Positions 34,194 to 39,558 of a stretch of 39,558 bases of DNA are shown here, in pieces. How positions within the stretch are numbered: position 1 is the first letter of the stretch; every line of letters starts with the position of its first letter. Both the position numbers and the translations under genes were made by a program. The DNA is taken from the NCBI GenBank assembly GCA_001655205.1, contig LPNZ01007893.1:1-39558 (forward strand), given 5' to 3'. Under the pieces are notes generated by a model that ran no database searches, was not told the origin of the DNA, and saw only the letters and a program-made list of their open reading frames with translations. Source of the DNA: Lenisia limosa. Its lineage: Eukaryota > Protista > Breviatea.

Positions 34194-35551
34194 ATGCAGC
34201 TCATCGAATTGTAAGCTTTTTCATTTTACCTGCCACATTCCATTGTTTTTCTCATACCTTTTAGCCGAATTACCTTGCCTATGACCGTGGAAGAGGTTAG
34301 ATATGGTTTTGTTTTTCCGTTTTGAAAGGAAATTATTTGAATAGAGGGTATTGATGACGTTTTAGTACCAAATTGGTCAGCTCTTCGCTGTTGCTGAGGC
34401 GTCAAAGGAGGAGACTGGAGGTGGAGAAGGAGTTGAGGTTCTTGCAAACGAGGTGAGAGTGTTCGCTTTGTCTCCCCGATTGACTCCCACAGCCCTACAA
34501 AAATGAGGAAACAGAGGGACAATACACTCATAAGAAGTACTATCTTAAGGAGTGGGTTTGTCACTGGACCTTAATTTTATTTTTAATACGAGATTCAAAT
34601 GACCAACATCGTGTAGGAAGGTCCCCGGCTGGGTTCGTATGCTGGCTCCGAAGAAGTCTCTCATCCTTGAGGAGAAAGCATGGAACGCTTATCCCATCTG
34701 TAAGACCGGACTTCATAGCGACTACATGGGAGAGAAGTTCACCCATCTTGTGCAGTCACTTCACAGAGCTGATAAGGGCGAAGAAGTATGTTTTAGTTTT
34801 AGTTTATTATTCTTCAGGAAAACATTTTCGGCCTTGATGAAGACAAATTAAAGACCCGCAAGGTGGTCAAACTTGACATCGCCAATACCAAGGTTTGTTC
34901 GTGGCATTGCTGGTCACCTTCTAGATCAACAAAAAAGACTACAAGGAAGAGCATGATCCTAAGCTCTTTAAATCAGAAAAAACCGGCCGTGGTGAACTTG
35001 GAGAAAACTGGATTGTAGGAGGGAGAGCCAGATAAGATAACCACTTTAACTCTCTAAACCAAAGCCTCATCCAATTTGGTTTCCCTTTGTCAAGTAAATT
35101 CATTGTTTTACCATAAAGGAAGAAGCCGAGACGTACATGACCTGTTACAAACTGGTGACCGCGGAGTTCATTTGGTGGGGTCTCCAAGGAAAGGTGAGGC
35201 GTCGTATCCGCGGAACAGTGTAACCGGCGCAGGTGGAGAAATTCCTGGCCGAATCCGATAACAATCTGTTTTTGAAGTTCCATCGCCAAGTGTTTTGCTC
35301 AATTGATAAATGGTGGGTGTTTTGCCAGCATTCCTTTAGTGTCTACGTTCATCTTATGGTGCAGGCATGGTTTGACCATGGAAGATATCCGAGAAATTGA
35401 GAGGGCAACTAAAGCTGCTCTTGATGAGAAGCGAGATCAGGTGCGCGAGGAATGGGGTTCAGGAGAATACTGGCATTTTGACGAAGGTGATATCTCTAAT
35501 ATCTTTACCTTTCTCACTTTCAAGGATGTTGAGCCTGAGAAGAAGAAGTAA
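34194..35551 (+). CDS. PITP: Phosphatidylinositol transfer protein (IP_trans/START-like, soluble type)
   Basis: MQLIEF|[10 protein letters not shown]|[29 protein letters not shown]|[76 protein letters not shown]|[17 protein letters not shown]|[10 protein letters not shown]. Confidence 0.95.
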
Positions 35552-35773
35552 CTGTATACATGTTAACCCCCCCGCTTTTTTTTTTTAATAATACAATTTT
35601 GATAGGTACCCCATGGACTGGAAATACTGGATATGAATAATAAACAAAAGGAAACCCTAAGAAGGAAACAGAATTAAGCAGTACCTGGTGACAAACGCGT
35701 TGTCAGTAACAACATAGAAAAGAAAGAAAGAAAAAACGAAAAAGAAAAACTCAATAAATATCTTGTGCTGGAA

Positions 35774-38700
35774 TCAGACATGTTGTGCCATAACGGGAGG
35801 ATGAAGGGAAGCGAGCGCGGATGGTGGGGCCTCGCCACACTTGTCGGTATTGAGCATCGGAACGTCATCTTCCAACTCCGGCTGTTTGGCGATGGGCGGA
35901 GGCTGCGAGATGGGAAACGGCTTAAACGGCATACTCATGAAGCGACCCTCGGGAAGGGGGCTCGGCAGGGCCGGCGGCACAGGCATGAAGTGTGGCATGA
36001 ATGGAGGTGGGTATATGGGCATATCCTCGGGCGGGATTGGGGGTACGGGCGGGGTTGGGAAGGAGGGAAGGTTATCGTCAAAAGAAGGCATAACTTGGGG
36101 CATGGGTGAAAAGGAAGGACCCATTGGGAAAGGAGGGAATTGTTGCAGAGGCATGGATGGTATCCTACTCGATTTGGCAGTTTTACCATTCAGCATATTC
36201 TGAGACGGCGGCGCCATCGGCATCATAGGTATGGATGATGATGGCGTGATAGGGATTCCCTGTATTGTGAATGCTAAGCGATACGGGTGAACTGTCAATA
36301 TTTATCTTGAGCATACAGTAAAACAATAGCAAAAATAAATTCAATCATATAATAATAAACAAAAATGAGAAGGTTTAATATTCTTCACTATCTATGATTA
36401 TAATATCCGCTATACTTTTCAATATCCCCCGATTTGCTTACCAGACTCCCAATGATTTGTGGTGGTTGAACTGTTATGGGAGATTGACCTGGTTGGGACA
36501 TCTGAAGGGTAACGGTTCAAATGGCTTTTTTTCACAACAGTATTATCAATTCAATTAAGGTCTTAGATTTCATTTTCTAGGGATAAGCAATACAATAAGG
36601 TTATATCTGCCCCAAGCCTATTATAGTATAGGATATGAAATATCGATCTTGCAGGGCTATGGTTAAATAGTACCATAGTATACAGAAACCCTTACGTTTG
36701 AGTACAGGTCAATGGGAGACGCGCTCTGTGCTACCGGCAGTCTGGGTGGTAAAAAGAGAATCGAGACCTTTCAAAGGAATTTGTGAACGTGGGTAAAATG
36801 CTACGGAATTTTAATTGTTTTTCTGAATGAGAAAAAATAAAACTGGCTCCCTTTCTAGGTTAAAAATGCGAGCTTTGAGGTTGCTACTCCACTATTCACC
36901 TTCATTTCATCTATGCCTCCCTTTCTTTTCAATACCACGTATAGCACCCCCCTACCTAGCCATCTGGATCAAATCATCCAGCACCGGGTCCATGACGGGC
37001 TCTTTCGCCGGCTGCGTGTCGAGAGGATATTCAATGTTGAAGGATGGTGTTGACACTGAACAGTAACATGGGGTATTGAAATATTTGCCCGTTGGGAATT
37101 AAAGGAATTAATGGAGAGCTCAAATGACGTACCACTAAATGGCGGGAGAGGGCCTCGGCTGATATTTGGGGAGGCTATTTGGTGCTCAGTTGGGGACAGG
37201 AATGATGAAAAGAATGGAGTAAACTCTCTTGGAGAGAGAGTTAGGCGGGGGGAGTAAGGAACTTGGTACTTTGCAGGATTGACAGGGGAGAGACTGTCTG
37301 TCATTGAGTTTGGCACGTGTTGCCATGAGAAGAGGTCGGGAGTTTCGCGATAGGCGTGTTGCATCGTCGCGTCAATGATGTTTTGTAAGGTTTCTTCTTC
37401 TTGATTAGGCTCGATTGAGACATCGTATTCGCCATCTGTAGAGATATCAGCACAGTTCCAGAATAAAAATTGAAATATCATATGAAAATATACAATACAA
37501 TACGACTGTTTTAAAAGGAGGTTGGGCCATCTTTTTCCATACTGAATTCTTTTCGAAGCTTTTTAGGAGGTAGCTGGACAACCTCCATTTCATTATCGTC
37601 GTTTTCACCATCCTCTTCTTCCTCCATGTCGCCGATCTGTACTTCAGCAAATCTGAAGAGTGGTTATTACAGTGATAGATCACAGAAAAATATTTCCAAT
37701 TTCAAACCTAGGGTTACGCCTTCTATTCCTCATTTCTCTTGGTTCTCTGTCTGGAACTTTATTATAGTTCCTTCGGTGTTCCGATTCTTCATCATGAATT
37801 CTGTTAATGTTAACAAAGGGAACTGAAACTGTTTTAATGCGCAAATATAGACGCATCCCTTGAGGTTCCTTAAAAATACATAAGAAGCAGGGTGAAGTTA
37901 ACAATAATACGAGACAAACAACCCACAGCTTATGGGGCTTTGGACCAGGATTGTGCTTTCTCTTTGAGTGAACTGCCTTGATGACAATCTAAAAAGTCAG
38001 CATTGTGCAACTTCTACCAATGTACAATGCCTATTAGATGGGACATATGTTCCAAGAGATTGGCAGATGAGAGAAAACACAGTCTGTTTCGGACCAAAGA
38101 GACGTCATGGCTATTACGTTCAATCCAACGCTGACCGGCTGGGTATTCTCTGTTCCAAGATTATCAGTGACGGCGGTCGGAAGAATCGGAAGGGGTGCNN
38201 NNNNNNNNNNNNNNNNNNNNNNNNNNNNNNNNNNNNNNNNNNNNNNNNNNNNNNNNNNNNNNNNNNNNNNNNNNNNNNNNNNNNNNNNNNNNNNNNNNNN
38301 NNNNNNNNNNNATGCACATCCACTCCATCCCTATATGGTGAGATCTCTTCTTGTCTTGTGTACAATCAAAACTACACTGACTCTTTCTTCCAAAGAAAGC
38401 CAACAGCATTTTTGTTACACTTTAATTGAACCCAATCATACCATTCCCTGATTTCTGGCCACAGCTCCTCAAGCAACTGTGAGGGTAAAATCGTGATTCT
38501 CAGAAACAAAAAATACTCTGTACCACTTCCCATTTCATCATACCTGCTGGTGAGGGAGTAATCTACTAGGACATAGACCCATACAGTGCAACCCAACGTC
38601 ACAAATTGCGCAAACACGCGAACCGTTGATAGGAGGCTGGAAAGTGGGTGACCAAAGGAGGACTATTGAGCTTTTTCTTGACCAAAGAATCCCAAAATAA

Positions 38701-39558
38701 ATTCAAAAGTAGGTGTGTGTTTTTCTTATATGTAGATAGAATAAGTAAGACGATACCTTTAGGGATTTCAGTTTTTCTTTGAGAGAATCTTCAGTGAGGT
38801 GAATGACAGCTGAAATTGAATTAATCAAAGGTTACAGACAATTTCCCTCCCAAAAGTAGTTGAGTATTACTCGTCTACTTTCAGTATTATCAAAATATAA
38901 TCGGCAGAATATGAACCACAACCCTAGCATACTGTTGGAATCACTACTGGAATGAAGGTCTGCAATTTCTGAAGTGTGTGACCAAGAAAGGAAAATAATA
39001 GATGATAATAAGAGTAATATAAGACGTGCTACACATACTATCATTAGGTGTGTGTATACTATCTGTAATACATGTCTCCTTTGGCTTACTTTCTTTGAAG
39101 CTACTGTCACATGGTTTAGAGAACGTCTTGATAACATCTTGGTGTTCCTCAATCAGCTTCTCCAGGGTGGACTCTTCCGCTGGTTTGAGATGGTCCGGCA
39201 GTTGTGTTGTTGCTGCGATTTTCTGGGAGAGCTCCGGTGGAACACAACCACAGAGGCACTGGATGGGTGCTTTCGATTTACTGAAATATAAACTCAGAAG
39301 GAAAACATGTGCTATGAATCTATGATGGGGCAATAAAAGGGGAATCTGCTGTTTTCAAAACCAACATACTTCAGGTTGTTTGAATTGAGCTTCTTTCGTC
39401 TTCTGCAACGCTGATTGTTGAACCAGTTTCGCAGCCTGCTGTACTCACATCCCATCTAACAGTGTAAGAAATAGACTTTGCCAGAAGTTTCCACTGCATA
39501 TTTAGTATGTATTATACGTAATACTAGATATACTATATATAATATATACTATATCATA
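35774..39558 (-). CDS. Large homeodomain-containing protein with acidic/NLS segment and Pro-rich C-terminus; 5' end beyond the right edge
   Basis: Exon 39455-39370 encodes MGCEYSRLRNWFNNQRCRRRKK (homeodomain helix 3, WFxNxR). An in-phase exon chain can be followed leftwards: KAPIQCLCGCVPPEL; RRVILNYFWEGN; LLEELWPEIREW; DMEEEEDGENDDNEMEVVQLPPKKLRKE; then the Pro/Met-rich exon at 35774-36270. The single-gene interpretation crosses one gap. Confidence 0.6.

Noticed and set aside
34616-34628. GGAAGGTCCCCGG resembling RNase MRP conserved region I
   Set aside because: It is the splice acceptor plus the KVPG codons of PITP, and no matching partner region was seen.
35765-36203. Gly/Arg-rich plus-strand ORFs
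   Set aside because: They are antisense shadows of the Pro-rich exon of the homeodomain gene.

Overview
Eukaryotic nuclear DNA from a compact, very intron-rich genome with assembly gaps. The organism cannot be named, but a CEP164 homologue implies centrioles or flagella. The genetic code appears standard: reconstructed genes end in TAA, TAG and TGA. Most ORFs in the supplied track are exon fragments or antisense shadows, so genes were rebuilt by manual splicing and translation. Recognisable genes in order: CEP164-like (-, runs off the left edge), tRNA-Trp(CCA), HAD/NT5C-type nucleotidase, MPS1/TTK kinase, DNA polymerase kappa with two UBZ fingers, about three unassigned genes, an NT-C2 (EEIG1/FAM102-like) protein, an LRR protein, a YjjX-like ITP/XTP phosphatase, one or two unassigned genes, PITP, and a large homeodomain protein (-, runs off the right edge). 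Most notable observations: (1) a 25-nt GT-TG intron that is required to keep the POLK catalytic SLDE motif; (2) many 25-35 nt introns with weak donors; (3) a prokaryote-type YjjX gene carrying 8 introns; (4) a 97-bp TA-flanked MITE; (5) a hairpin-forming 32-bp intronic minisatellite. I found no convincing multi-gene novel system. All family assignments come from motif recognition by eye, not from database searches.
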